53,974 nucleotides of DNA from Candidatus Woesearchaeota archaeon. Lineage in GTDB: Archaea > Nanobdellota > Nanobdellia > SCGC-AAA011-G17 > JACPIM01. Position numbers and translations under genes: made by a program. The stretch spans positions 1-53,974 of the forward strand of contig JAGWAC010000004.1 of NCBI GenBank assembly GCA_018302125.1, given 5' to 3'. The notes under the pieces are model-generated. The model ran no database searches and was not told the DNA's origin. It worked only from the letters and a program-made list of their open reading frames with translations. Below are positions 1-9,612 of this stretch, one piece after another; position 1 is the first letter of the stretch; every line of letters begins with the position of its first letter.

Positions 1-34
1 ATTGGTTTAAGTTTTTAAGAATTTGCATATTTAA

Positions 35-1225
35 TTATAACTTCTTCAGATATTTATCATATCTTTTTAATTGGCCTTTCAAAAATCCTAATTCTCCCTC
101 ATGCTTGATATTCTTGTCAATCATAAAGCAATAAAGGCAGTTGATGCATTTCTGGTCAGAAGGATTGCTTAATTCAAGAGGGCAGAACTCCTCGCATTTT
201 TCAGACTTGCTTCCATTTTCTAAATATAATCTTGTAATGTTGTCGTCTTTAAAATCATAAACATCCTGCCTTACTCCCAAAAGTGTAAAAAATCCTGGTA
301 CTGGGCCTTTCTTAAATAAAGGATCAATAAATCTATTATACCTTAGTCTGACAAAAAAATTATTCAAAAATATCCTTACAAAGATATTCTCTTTAGCTCT
401 TTTTAATTTTGTAATTTCTTTTATACTTTCTAAATAATCTAAATCTTCTTTTTTAATATGTCCTTTTTCAATGCTTAATTTTAAATAAGGAACATAATTT
501 AAATCAAAACCAAATAATTTCATACATAATAAATCAGTAATAAACGAATTCTCTCCAACAAGTACAAAATTTAATTTTTTTGGAATTCCGGCTGCAGGCC
601 CGTTTCCTTCCATTGCAATTAATCCATCAACAATATTTAAATCTGGTTTCTTTATTTCATTCATCCTTACTATATTTTCAACAAGACTGTCATGAATATT
701 TCTTTTGTCAAGTGCTTGATAGCATCCAACAAAATTCTTCATGCAAATAGTCATTCCTACCTCAATATGTGTCTTAACTTTGGGCAGATTAATCAAGAAA
801 TCATTTTCAAGAATTATTTTTCCTGTCTTGGCTTTTCCAGTTTTTAAATCAACAATATTATAATCTGACTTGTTTAAATTCACTAGTTTTACATTAAACA
901 TTTCTGCAATTTTATCTATTTTTAGTCTCTTGAATACATCAATATTCATATGGTCAATCCCGCAATTAGGGCCGTCGGCAATAGTAATGTCTTTGTATTC
1001 TCTTTTCTGCAAAGCTTTTATCACACCAACTATGACTCTTAAATCAGTAGAATTTCCTATTAGAGCATTCATGTCATTATTCAAATTAGGCTTTAAAACT
1101 ATTCTTGCATTTTTATTTTTAGGTAATTCATAATTATCCAGAGTTTTGTCTATAAAATTAAATACTTCTCCAGCATTATTGCACTTTTCCAGAAATACTT
1201 TGTCCCTAAACTTGTAAGTTTCCAT
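35..1225 (-). CDS. DUF362-domain protein with C-terminal ferredoxin-like Cys cluster
   Basis: LKPNL, INLPKVKTH, KNFVG, IVDGLIAMEGNGP motifs typical of DUF362; C-terminal CEEFCP...CINCLYC. Confidence 0.85.
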   Translation of the reverse strand: METYKFRDKVFLEKCNNAGEVFNFIDKTLDNYELPKNKNARIVLKPNLNNDMNALIGNSTDLRVIVGVIKALQKREYKDITIADGPNCGIDHMNIDVFKRLKIDKIAEMFNVKLVNLNKSDYNIVDLKTGKAKTGKIILENDFLINLPKVKTHIEVGMTICMKNFVGCYQALDKRNIHDSLVENIVRMNEIKKPDLNIVDGLIAMEGNGPAAGIPKKLNFVLVGENSFITDLLCMKLFGFDLNYVPYLKLSIEKGHIKKEDLDYLESIKEITKLKRAKENIFVRIFLNNFFVRLRYNRFIDPLFKKGPVPGFFTLLGVRQDVYDFKDDNITRLYLENGSKSEKCEEFCPLELSNPSDQKCINCLYCFMIDKNIKHEGELGFLKGQLKRYDKYLKKL

Positions 1226-2327
1226 ATTCTATTAAGCCAAGAACCTCATTCAATTCTATTTCTTTTTTATTTATTTCCTTGTTTATAATAAAAATACCGT
1301 CTAAATCAGCTTTATCAGGCATGTAGCCATGCATTCCCCTGCACCCAATTTTTCCCTGATGAAAGTTTGGCACAAATAAATATCCTGGTTCTAAAACAAA
1401 TATTACTTCTCCAAATTCCTTTCCAAGAGGGATATTATATTTATCCTTGTCTTTTAAATCTAGAATCTTTCCATGCCTGATTCTACTTAAAATTCTAATA
1501 ATCTCTTCTCTGTCTTTTTCACTTTTGAACCAGAACCTTGCTATTGTTGAGTCTAAAAAATAGTCAATATTCTTAAAATTCTTGATCTTTTCCCCTATAT
1601 TTATCTCTTCTTTTATATCTATAAAACCATGGTCGCTCCATATAATTACTCTTGAATCCGGAAACTTAGCCTTAAATTCATTTACAATTATAGAAGCATA
1701 AGAATCTTGCCTTCTCAATTCTTTAATAGTATCCTCATTAACAGTCCCAAATTCATGCATTGTTTTGTCTAGATCTACTAATTGTATAAAATAAATGTCA
1801 GTATTATCATTGAAACTCTTTATGAATTTTTTAACTTTGTATTCGTCATTTCTTTTTATAAAATCTAGCTTAACTTTATTATTTTGGACAAAAAAAGGCC
1901 AGCCATAATAAACAAAGCTTCTCTTCTGGAAGAAATCTTTTTTCCATATTTTATGTTTTGTTCCAGAATTAAATTTTCCGAAAAATTTTCTGGGAATATG
2001 ATATAACTTTGATAAGTAGGTATTCCCGCTTAGATAATAATTCATCAGTGCATAAGGATAAGATAATATGGAATTGGGTAATGGAATAAATCTTAATATT
2101 TTTCCAATATAATTTTTTTTGTAGACAAATCCAGTCCAGATGCCACTCTCGCTTGGGAGCTCTCCCGTAATAAATGTATGCTCTATTCCAGTGTATGCCA
2201 GCAAAGTTTTTAATCTTAATAAAGAATTTTCCTTTCCGTAATTATATAAAAAAGGAGTATTTTCCTTACTAATAAATCTATATCCAAGGGCATCCAGATA
2301 CAAAATTAAAGTTTTCATCTTAAACAA
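1206..2327 (-). CDS. Alkaline phosphatase superfamily protein (type I phosphodiesterase/nucleotide pyrophosphatase-like)
   Basis: LYLDALG, TG-ELPSESG, DLDKTMHEFG, WSDHGF, GMHGY metal-binding motifs. Confidence 0.85.
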   Translation of the reverse strand: MFKMKTLILYLDALGYRFISKENTPFLYNYGKENSLLRLKTLLAYTGIEHTFITGELPSESGIWTGFVYKKNYIGKILRFIPLPNSILSYPYALMNYYLSGNTYLSKLYHIPRKFFGKFNSGTKHKIWKKDFFQKRSFVYYGWPFFVQNNKVKLDFIKRNDEYKVKKFIKSFNDNTDIYFIQLVDLDKTMHEFGTVNEDTIKELRRQDSYASIIVNEFKAKFPDSRVIIWSDHGFIDIKEEINIGEKIKNFKNIDYFLDSTIARFWFKSEKDREEIIRILSRIRHGKILDLKDKDKYNIPLGKEFGEVIFVLEPGYLFVPNFHQGKIGCRGMHGYMPDKADLDGIFIINKEINKKEIELNEVLGLIEYGNLQV

Positions 2328-3597
2328 TCTTCATTAAATAAAATAATATATAAGCATTAGCATAATCTTGGCTTAACTCTTCCCATGTTTTAGCTTTAGT
2401 TGGGTATACTTTTCTCAGTGTTTTTAGTCCATTCATAAAATTTTCCTTGTCCAATGTTAAGTCTTCATTTAATCCGAATAAAATATGTGGTGCTGCCCCA
2501 AAAATAACAACATCCGGGCTTCTTTTATTTATCAATATTCTTGGATAAATTTTCTTTTCCTTCAATAATCTTGAGAAATATAATTGCTTGAATCTGAAAG
2601 GAATTAATTTAGAAGTAATAAAAGCTAATGCTCTTGAATTTATATTAAAGGAATTTTTTAAAAAATGCCTGCTATAAGGAAGATAATGTTCTTTTCCTAA
2701 ATTTATTATTGCATCACTTAAGTCGCCTATATTTTTAATCTCTTTATTTGTAAATTCAGACATAAAGTATTTAACAACCTCTAGAAAGTCTTTCCTAGTC
2801 TGCATCCAAAATTTAATTACATCTTTTTCAGGCAAACCATTGTAATTTAATTTCCATAGGGTATATTTTTTCACTTTCTCATGTAAGTCAGGCAATTTCT
2901 TGTATAAATCTGGAAAGTCATTTTCATAGCATTCATAAAATTCTTCCATCCTTTTTTTATAGAAGGGAGAATATTTTTTGTTTAAAAGCAGTAGTGCAGT
3001 ACAGCTGTCAATATAAGCCTTGGCGCAAAAAAAGCTTAAAACAGCGTCATTGTACTTTCCTTCTGTAGAAAAATACTCTATCAAGTGAGTCATCCTGTTC
3101 AATAAAACCCTGAAGCCTTCACCTAAAGGAATGTCGTTTAATTTATAATCTGGAATTAAGTTTCTTACTTCTTCCCCATAAAAAATATTTGAGGAATTTC
3201 TTAATTCATAATACCTTATCATTGGCACTAGTTTTTTTAATTCATCTAAAGTTAAGCACTTTAAATCAAGATAAAAATTATCTTCAAAGCTCCAATTCTT
3301 GTCAAATTTGTTAAATTCTATTCCCTTGCTTCCTAGTCTCTTTGCAACATTTCTCGCAATATTGTCTAATAACTCACCATCTACCTTTTTTTCAGTAATT
3401 ACATAAACATCAAAATCATTTGCAGGATAATATTTATTGTTTGTTTTTTTTACGCTTCCCTCTCCCCTTCCAAAGCCCCCGTAAACAATCATGCTTTTTA
3501 CATTCTTGATTTCTTTGTTTATTTCTTCAGCAACAATATCTAGTTGTTTCTGTACTTCCTTGTCTACTTCTATGCCTAAAGCAGTATATTTGTTCAT
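2320..3597 (-). CDS. Pol-beta-like nucleotidyltransferase domain protein with helical C-terminal region
   Basis: YGGFGRGEG followed by NDFDVYV (G-G/S...DxD). Confidence 0.7.
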   Translation of the reverse strand: MNKYTALGIEVDKEVQKQLDIVAEEINKEIKNVKSMIVYGGFGRGEGSVKKTNNKYYPANDFDVYVITEKKVDGELLDNIARNVAKRLGSKGIEFNKFDKNWSFEDNFYLDLKCLTLDELKKLVPMIRYYELRNSSNIFYGEEVRNLIPDYKLNDIPLGEGFRVLLNRMTHLIEYFSTEGKYNDAVLSFFCAKAYIDSCTALLLLNKKYSPFYKKRMEEFYECYENDFPDLYKKLPDLHEKVKKYTLWKLNYNGLPEKDVIKFWMQTRKDFLEVVKYFMSEFTNKEIKNIGDLSDAIINLGKEHYLPYSRHFLKNSFNINSRALAFITSKLIPFRFKQLYFSRLLKEKKIYPRILINKRSPDVVIFGAAPHILFGLNEDLTLDKENFMNGLKTLRKVYPTKAKTWEELSQDYANAYILFYLMKIV

Positions 3598-3631
3598 TTT
3601 GTCTTTTAGTCTTATCAGAATCTTTATAAAT

Positions 3632-3931
3632 ATGTATTTTATATTATCGAGAACTGTTCCTATAAATCCAAAAAAAGCAAAGGCAATTTACGATTTTTTT
3701 CAAAATCCTAAGAAACTTGACTTTTTAGATAGATATATTTCTGGCAAATACATAGATCTTGAGGATCAGTGTTTACTTCAGTATTATGAAACCGCTTATT
3801 GAAAGGAAAGATTTCAAAAAGCTAGTACTGACTTATATGCTGCTTATAAAAAGGTTCGTTCTCCAAAAAGAGAAATGATTATTAGAGGTCTTGAAAGACT
3901 AACCAAAACTAGTCCTAAGGAAATAATTTAG
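3632..3931 (+). pseudogene. Small hypothetical ORF interrupted by an in-frame TGA (3800-3802)
   Basis: Frame reads MYFILSR...YYETAY*KERFQKASTDLYAAYKK...KEII*; protein-like on both sides of the stop and fills an otherwise empty gap. Confidence 0.35.
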
Positions 3932-4030
3932 GAACAAGAACAATGGAAAGAACCCGGAGATTAGAATCAAAAATAACTTTAAAAATCTTTTAATTGATGA
4001 TAAAAAAAATTAAATAAGAAATAATTATTT

Positions 4031-6028
4031 TTATCTAATTGGTGCTTCTTCAATTTTTGGTGCTGTAGAGGAATTAAAATCCATTAAATGTCCAACTACT
4101 GCTTTAGCACCCCTTATTGTATAAAGGACATCATCAAAATTTTTTATTTTTTTCAAATGCTTAAGAACATATCTTGGATCTAAAAATATGTGATAGATTT
4201 TATTATTTAATTTTATAACTTCTTGTGGAGTCATATCAGGTGTCTTAAATACAGGCTCTCTCATATCAAATCTTTCATAATTTCTTGGATCAAATAAGAA
4301 CCAATTTTTTTCCATACCCTCTTTGTATAATGGGGTTCCTGGATATGGAATAATTACTGTACTTTGTAAAACATCAACGAATCCTTTTAACATCAATTTT
4401 TTTGCTAATTTGTAAGTTTCTAAACCATCTGCCTTAGTTTCCCATGGCGCCCCACACATCATAGTCAGATGTACAGTTAATCCTGCTGCCTTCGCTTCTC
4501 GACAACTTTTTTCTACTTCTTCTATTTTAGTTCCTTTGTCTAATTTATTTATCGTGCTCTGGACTCCAGACTCTAATCCATATTTTAATAATCTGAAACC
4601 AGCTTCTTTCATTAATTTGTAATCTTCTGCTGTCACTGCACCAAATCTCATGTTGCCAGAGTAAATAACTTTTTTATTATAACCTGATTCAATCATTAAA
4701 TTACAGAATTTTTTTAACCAAGGACCAACAATAATTGTTCCAGCATCATCAAAAATTTCTTTTACACCAATTTCATCAACTAAATACTTTACTTCTTTCA
4801 TAACATTTTCAGGAGATCTTCCCCTAAATTGCCCTTTAGGATACAGATTAGTGTCCCAAACACAATTAGCAGCACCAATTAAATTGGCAGTATAAGAATG
4901 TATATTTTCAACTGATAAATTATAAACATCTCCGTAATATTCTTCTTTTTTAATTTCTTTTATTGGAAAAGTTGAAAATTCATTTGCTTTATTTAATTCG
5001 ATTTTAGTTTCTAAAAATAAAACATTAGATTTAATTTGAAGATTAAAAATACACTCTTTTTTTACATGAGAAGTCAATAAATCCCCAATTTCTAATTCTT
5101 GAGATTCAATAAATTTAGGTTTATTTTCTCCTTTTTTAATTACAAAAAGTTTATGGTTCGGAGTGCAGTTAATATCATTTAATTCTGACTTTATTACTAT
5201 TAAATCTCCAGAATAATATCTCTGAAAAATAAAATTATTTTTATGATATTGGCCATTATGGGTTAAAATTTCTTCACCTAATTTTATATCTTTAATCTCT
5301 TTAATACCACTTTTAGTCATAATATTAGTTTCTGGGTGGAAACAGAATGTGCATTTTCCGTACCAGCAATCTCTTCCAGCCATTATATAAGCTAAAGGCC
5401 TTCCAATTAAATTAAATTCATGTTGATACAAATGATTTTTAGTAAATACTCTGTCAATAATTGGGGCATCATCTAAATTTCCAGTAAAATTATATCTTCC
5501 ATTCTCAACAACTTTTCCATTTTCTTTATACCAAATTCCTTGTGGTATTTTATTTCCTTTTTCCAATGCTTCAACTAATTCACAAAATGCAAAATCAAAA
5601 TAACCGCCATTAATTATAAAATCAACTTTGCAGTTTTCCATAAACTCTTTTTGCAGTTCTAATTCTAAATCTAAAGCAGAAACATGATCGCCCATCACGC
5701 ATATTTTCATATCAGGAAATTTTTCTTTTAATCTGTTAATAGTATCCCAATGAATCTTTACAACTGGTGCCTTGGTTTCAAAAAATAGAATTTCTGGTTT
5801 TTTCTCTTCTAGCAATTTGTCAAAATCAGAAGGACTTAATTTTTCAGCTATAGAGTCAACCCAAGTAACTTCATGCCCCTTGTCTCTCAACATTGTGGCT
5901 CCAGTAGCTAAAACAACAGGAAATAAAGTAGTATGAACATGGAAAACTTGATATTGTCTGTTCTGGCTTAATAAGGGAGTGCCTTTAAACCTGGTTACAG
6001 TGGGAGGATAGCCTATAAAAATTCTCAT
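4031..6028 (-). CDS. B12-binding radical SAM protein (HpnJ/BchE-like superfamily) containing a mini-intein
   Basis: N-terminal cobalamin-binding-like domain; GRDCWYGKCTF[intein]C; FDDAG, YGLESG, IPYPGTPLY. Confidence 0.9.
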   Translation of the reverse strand: MRIFIGYPPTVTRFKGTPLLSQNRQYQVFHVHTTLFPVVLATGATMLRDKGHEVTWVDSIAEKLSPSDFDKLLEEKKPEILFFETKAPVVKIHWDTINRLKEKFPDMKICVMGDHVSALDLELELQKEFMENCKVDFIINGGYFDFAFCELVEALEKGNKIPQGIWYKENGKVVENGRYNFTGNLDDAPIIDRVFTKNHLYQHEFNLIGRPLAYIMAGRDCWYGKCTFCFHPETNIMTKSGIKEIKDIKLGEEILTHNGQYHKNNFIFQRYYSGDLIVIKSELNDINCTPNHKLFVIKKGENKPKFIESQELEIGDLLTSHVKKECIFNLQIKSNVLFLETKIELNKANEFSTFPIKEIKKEEYYGDVYNLSVENIHSYTANLIGAANCVWDTNLYPKGQFRGRSPENVMKEVKYLVDEIGVKEIFDDAGTIIVGPWLKKFCNLMIESGYNKKVIYSGNMRFGAVTAEDYKLMKEAGFRLLKYGLESGVQSTINKLDKGTKIEEVEKSCREAKAAGLTVHLTMMCGAPWETKADGLETYKLAKKLMLKGFVDVLQSTVIIPYPGTPLYKEGMEKNWFLFDPRNYERFDMREPVFKTPDMTPQEVIKLNNKIYHIFLDPRYVLKHLKKIKNFDDVLYTIRGAKAVVGHLMDFNSSTAPKIEEAPIR
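4865..5344 (-). mobile_element. Mini-intein (160 aa, no homing endonuclease)
   Basis: Block A CFHPETNI, block B CTPNHKLF, block F VYNLSVENIHSY, terminal AAN followed by Cys+1. Confidence 0.92.
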
Positions 6029-6069
6029 TTAATCACCTTAAAATTAACTATATTTAAGTTGGGTAGTAT

Positions 6070-6972
6070 TTAAGCTTTTTTACTTTTCATCAATCCTTTA
6101 ATTAACCCAATCCCATAGCTTAAATGAATTAAAGGATAAATAAAAGGCAGAATGATAAGAGCTTCTAGATCTCTGAATTTAATTGCTTGTTTTACACTAG
6201 AAAATAAAACCAGTATAATATAAATTTGTAAAGGTATTAAAAATAATCCAGCACTAATTAAGCTTAACGGCAGTAATAAAATTAAATAAATAATAAATAA
6301 TGAAGGTAACAAATAAAGCAGATTAATTTTATTACCTAATGCTCTTTCTTTCTTAACTCTTGTTAACCCATAATTAAAAAACTGTTTCATTAATCCCTGT
6401 ATATTTGGTCTTCTTCTATGGTAAATAAAAACCTCAGGATAGTAAGCAATTTTATATCCTTCTTTTTTAGCCCTGTAAAAAAACTCAGGATCTTCTCCAG
6501 GAAACAAATCTAAATTAAATCCTTTTAATTTTTCAAAAACATCTTTTTTTACAAAACAAATAGCAGAAGTTAAGTCATTTTCAGAAGCCTCTAAATTTAG
6601 TTTTCCTTTTTTATACCTGTTTGACATGAACGAAGTTCCAAAAAAATCAGCCATAGCATATCCAGATGTCTTTGCAAAATACTTGTCATCTCTGGGTGTT
6701 AATTGTGGCCCGCCCAAAATATCAGCATCATGTTTCTTAAAAAACTCATCAGCTTTTTTTAAAATGTTTTTTTCAATCTTTGCATCATCATCTAAAAAAC
6801 AAAGTATTTCTCCCCTTGCCTTTTCAGCCCCAGTGTTTCTGTTTAAAGATGGATTTTTTCCAGAGATTATAATAACCTCATATTCCTTTTTATTAAAATC
6901 CAAATTCTCTGCACTCTCCTTAACCTCGCATTTACGTTCAGGAGCTAATGGTATTATAATCGAGAACCTCAT
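6070..6972 (-). CDS. Glycosyltransferase family 2 with C-terminal TM helices
   Basis: FSIIIP, RNTGA..ARGEILCFLDDD, GEDPEF. Confidence 0.9.
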   Translation of the reverse strand: MRFSIIIPLAPERKCEVKESAENLDFNKKEYEVIIISGKNPSLNRNTGAEKARGEILCFLDDDAKIEKNILKKADEFFKKHDADILGGPQLTPRDDKYFAKTSGYAMADFFGTSFMSNRYKKGKLNLEASENDLTSAICFVKKDVFEKLKGFNLDLFPGEDPEFFYRAKKEGYKIAYYPEVFIYHRRRPNIQGLMKQFFNYGLTRVKKERALGNKINLLYLLPSLFIIYLILLLPLSLISAGLFLIPLQIYIILVLFSSVKQAIKFRDLEALIILPFIYPLIHLSYGIGLIKGLMKSKKA

Positions 6973-7891
6973 CTTCTTTAAAAATAAAAACTAATCCTAT
7001 TAATCCTTCAATTAATCCAATTAAAAAAAACGAACTTAATGACATTGAAACAACAGCTTCTGGCCTAATATTATATAATGAAAATAATGTAATTAATGTT
7101 AATTCCCTTGTTCCTAAACCAGAAACAGAAATTGGTATTGTGGCAATTATTGTTCCTATGGCTGCAAAAGCAACAAAAACATAAAATGGAATATCAATAG
7201 CAAAAGCCCAGGCAAATATATAAGTCTGGAAATAAATCAAAGCCCAAGTTATTAATGAAACAAATAAAACAGGAATTAATTTTCTTAATTTGGGCAGGCT
7301 GTTGTAAAAAATATTTAATGAATTGTCTGTCTTCTCTTTAATGCTTTTGGGCAGTAAATAATTATAAATTAAGCCTAATGCATACATTCCTCTTGATTTC
7401 CTCATAAAAATAAAAATTATTCCTGAAAATACCAGAAAAGAAAAAATTAGAACATAGCGCAAATCAACATTGTTCCTTAAGAAAATTAAGGCCCCTATAA
7501 AGGCAAAAATAAAAATTGCAAACAAGTCCATTATTCTTTCAAGAACAATGCTCGAAGCGCATTCAACCAGCCCTCTTTTAGTTTTCTTCTTTAAGTAAGT
7601 TGCCCGCATTAAACTTCCAACCCTTGATGGAGTTATAAAACCATAAAATGCGCCCATATAATATAATTTCAAAACATAAGGAAAGCTCAAAACAAATTTT
7701 TGTCTTTTCAAGATCATGTGCCACTTAAAAGCTAATGGCAGAATAAAAATTGGTGTGGTTAAAACGCCAATTAGTAAATAAGTTATTTTTGCTCCTTTTA
7801 ATGTTGTAATTAAATCATAAATCCCAATTCTGTATATAAGATAAACAAACAAAACCAACCCTATTAATGGTAAAATATTTTTTATTTTCAT
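6938..7891 (-). CDS. Lysylphosphatidylglycerol synthase TM / UPF0104 flippase-like membrane protein
   Basis: FITPSRVG, ERIMD, IPISVSGLGTRE motifs; multi-TM. Confidence 0.85.
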   Translation of the reverse strand: MKIKNILPLIGLVLFVYLIYRIGIYDLITTLKGAKITYLLIGVLTTPIFILPLAFKWHMILKRQKFVLSFPYVLKLYYMGAFYGFITPSRVGSLMRATYLKKKTKRGLVECASSIVLERIMDLFAIFIFAFIGALIFLRNNVDLRYVLIFSFLVFSGIIFIFMRKSRGMYALGLIYNYLLPKSIKEKTDNSLNIFYNSLPKLRKLIPVLFVSLITWALIYFQTYIFAWAFAIDIPFYVFVAFAAIGTIIATIPISVSGLGTRELTLITLFSLYNIRPEAVVSMSLSSFFLIGLIEGLIGLVFIFKEDEVLDYNTISS

Positions 7892-8589
7892 TTCTTTAAC
7901 CTTGTTTTTACTAAAGTCATAAACATATTAGGAATAACTTTTCTTATTCTTAAAGTTGAAAATTCCTTGTCTTCCCATGTGATTGGCTCTTCTTTTATTT
8001 TAAAACCTTCTTTTTTTATATGATATAGCAAAACAGCATCAATAGCAAAATTAGTTGACTCAACTTTATTTTTTATTTTATCAATAACATTTTTCTTAAA
8101 AACCTTGGCAGCACATTGTGTGTCTTTATAATTTAATCCTAAAATAATTCTTACCAGCAAATTAAATCCCCTGCTTGCAATTCTTCTTGATAATGGCTGT
8201 TTTTTTAATATATTTGCTCCTTTAATCCATCTCGATCCTATAATGCCGTCATAATCAGAAATTTTTTTACTTAATTCAAATAAAGTTTCAGGCAAAGTAG
8301 CACCATCAGCATCTGTATATGTAACTAAATCGCCATTTACCAATTTAAAACCCTCTAATAAAGCTCCGCCCTTCCCAATAGCCCCATCAAAATTTACATG
8401 CTTGATTTCTTTATGTTTGTTTTCCAATTCTTTTACAATACTAATTGTATTGTCTTTGCATCCATTTAAAACAACTAAAATCTCAAAATCTTTTCCAGTG
8501 TTTCTGAAAAAATTTACATAATTAATTAAAGTATTTTTAATTCTCTTTTCTTCATTATGGGCTGGTATTATTATTGAATAATCTGTCAT
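7888..8589 (-). CDS. Dolichyl-phosphate beta-glucosyltransferase-like GT2 (ALG5-like)
   Basis: IIPAHNEEKRI, GKGGA, TDADGAT, GSR, DTQCAAKVF. Confidence 0.85.
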   Translation of the reverse strand: MTDYSIIIPAHNEEKRIKNTLINYVNFFRNTGKDFEILVVLNGCKDNTISIVKELENKHKEIKHVNFDGAIGKGGALLEGFKLVNGDLVTYTDADGATLPETLFELSKKISDYDGIIGSRWIKGANILKKQPLSRRIASRGFNLLVRIILGLNYKDTQCAAKVFKKNVIDKIKNKVESTNFAIDAVLLYHIKKEGFKIKEEPITWEDKEFSTLRIRKVIPNMFMTLVKTRLKK

Positions 8590-9576
8590 TTAAATCAACC
8601 ATATCAAACTTGAAAATATTACTTGTACAAATATCATGAAATAAACAACTTGTTTTTCAGTATATTTTCCAGTTCTTGTTAAAATATGTGGTATAGAATA
8701 AATTTTATTACCATAAAGAGATTTTATTTTTCCATTTTCAATTGTTCCAATAGTTTTTTTCTTTAATTTCCCTCTTGCTTTTAATATAAACTCAATAAAA
8801 AATGGTATTGAAACAATTAAAGCGGCCCTTTCAATATTTCCAAGAACTGCAACAGTGACTAAAACCCCGCCTAATAAATATGTTAAACTGTCTCCACCTA
8901 ATATTTTTGCAGGAACTTTATTATAATAATAAAAAGCTAATAAGGCAAATACTGTTATTCCTGCTATTGCAGCAGCGCTATATCTTTGATTAATATAAGC
9001 ATACAGCCCTAAATTTCCTAAATAAATTATACCCATTCCAGCCTCGCTTCCATTAAATCCAGCTAATATATTCACCATATTAGATGCTCCTATAATCCCA
9101 ATAGGAACAAATAACAAAGGATAAAGTAGCCCAACATCAACTCTTCCTAAAAAAGGAATAAGCATTGTGCTTGTTCCTGCTTGAACAACCATTAATGGAA
9201 CAGCAGCAAATAAAGCTAGAACTGGTTTTTGCCACTGCTTTAATCCAGAAGTTTCATTTTTATTCTTTTCAATTATTAAGTCATCTATAAAGCCAATAAA
9301 TGTAATTAACAAAATAGTTGTAATGGCGCTAAATAATAAAAGAAGATTTTTCGGGCTTTCATAATAAAAGGTCTGTATAAATATATACCACATTAACCCC
9401 CCCATTAATCCGCTCAAAACAGCCAAACCGCCAGAAACAGGAATTAAAGGTTTTTCTTCTTTATGAACATCTTTGACAATTAAATCAATTTTTCTTAAAT
9501 ACCTTATCAAATAAGGAGTTGAGATAAATGTAACTAAAAAGCCAAACAATAAACTAATGTATAATAGCCATCTCAT
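8590..9576 (-). CDS. aglH: UDP-GlcNAc:polyprenol-phosphate GlcNAc-1-P transferase (AglH/GPT, MraY-like)
   Basis: GFIDD, NMVNILAGFNGSE, NKVPAKILGGDS; directly downstream of aglB. Confidence 0.85.
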   Translation of the reverse strand: MRWLLYISLLFGFLVTFISTPYLIRYLRKIDLIVKDVHKEEKPLIPVSGGLAVLSGLMGGLMWYIFIQTFYYESPKNLLLLFSAITTILLITFIGFIDDLIIEKNKNETSGLKQWQKPVLALFAAVPLMVVQAGTSTMLIPFLGRVDVGLLYPLLFVPIGIIGASNMVNILAGFNGSEAGMGIIYLGNLGLYAYINQRYSAAAIAGITVFALLAFYYYNKVPAKILGGDSLTYLLGGVLVTVAVLGNIERAALIVSIPFFIEFILKARGKLKKKTIGTIENGKIKSLYGNKIYSIPHILTRTGKYTEKQVVYFMIFVQVIFSSLIWLI

Positions 9577-9612
9577 GAGCCTTTTCCTTAAAATTCAAAT
9601 TTAAAAACTTAC

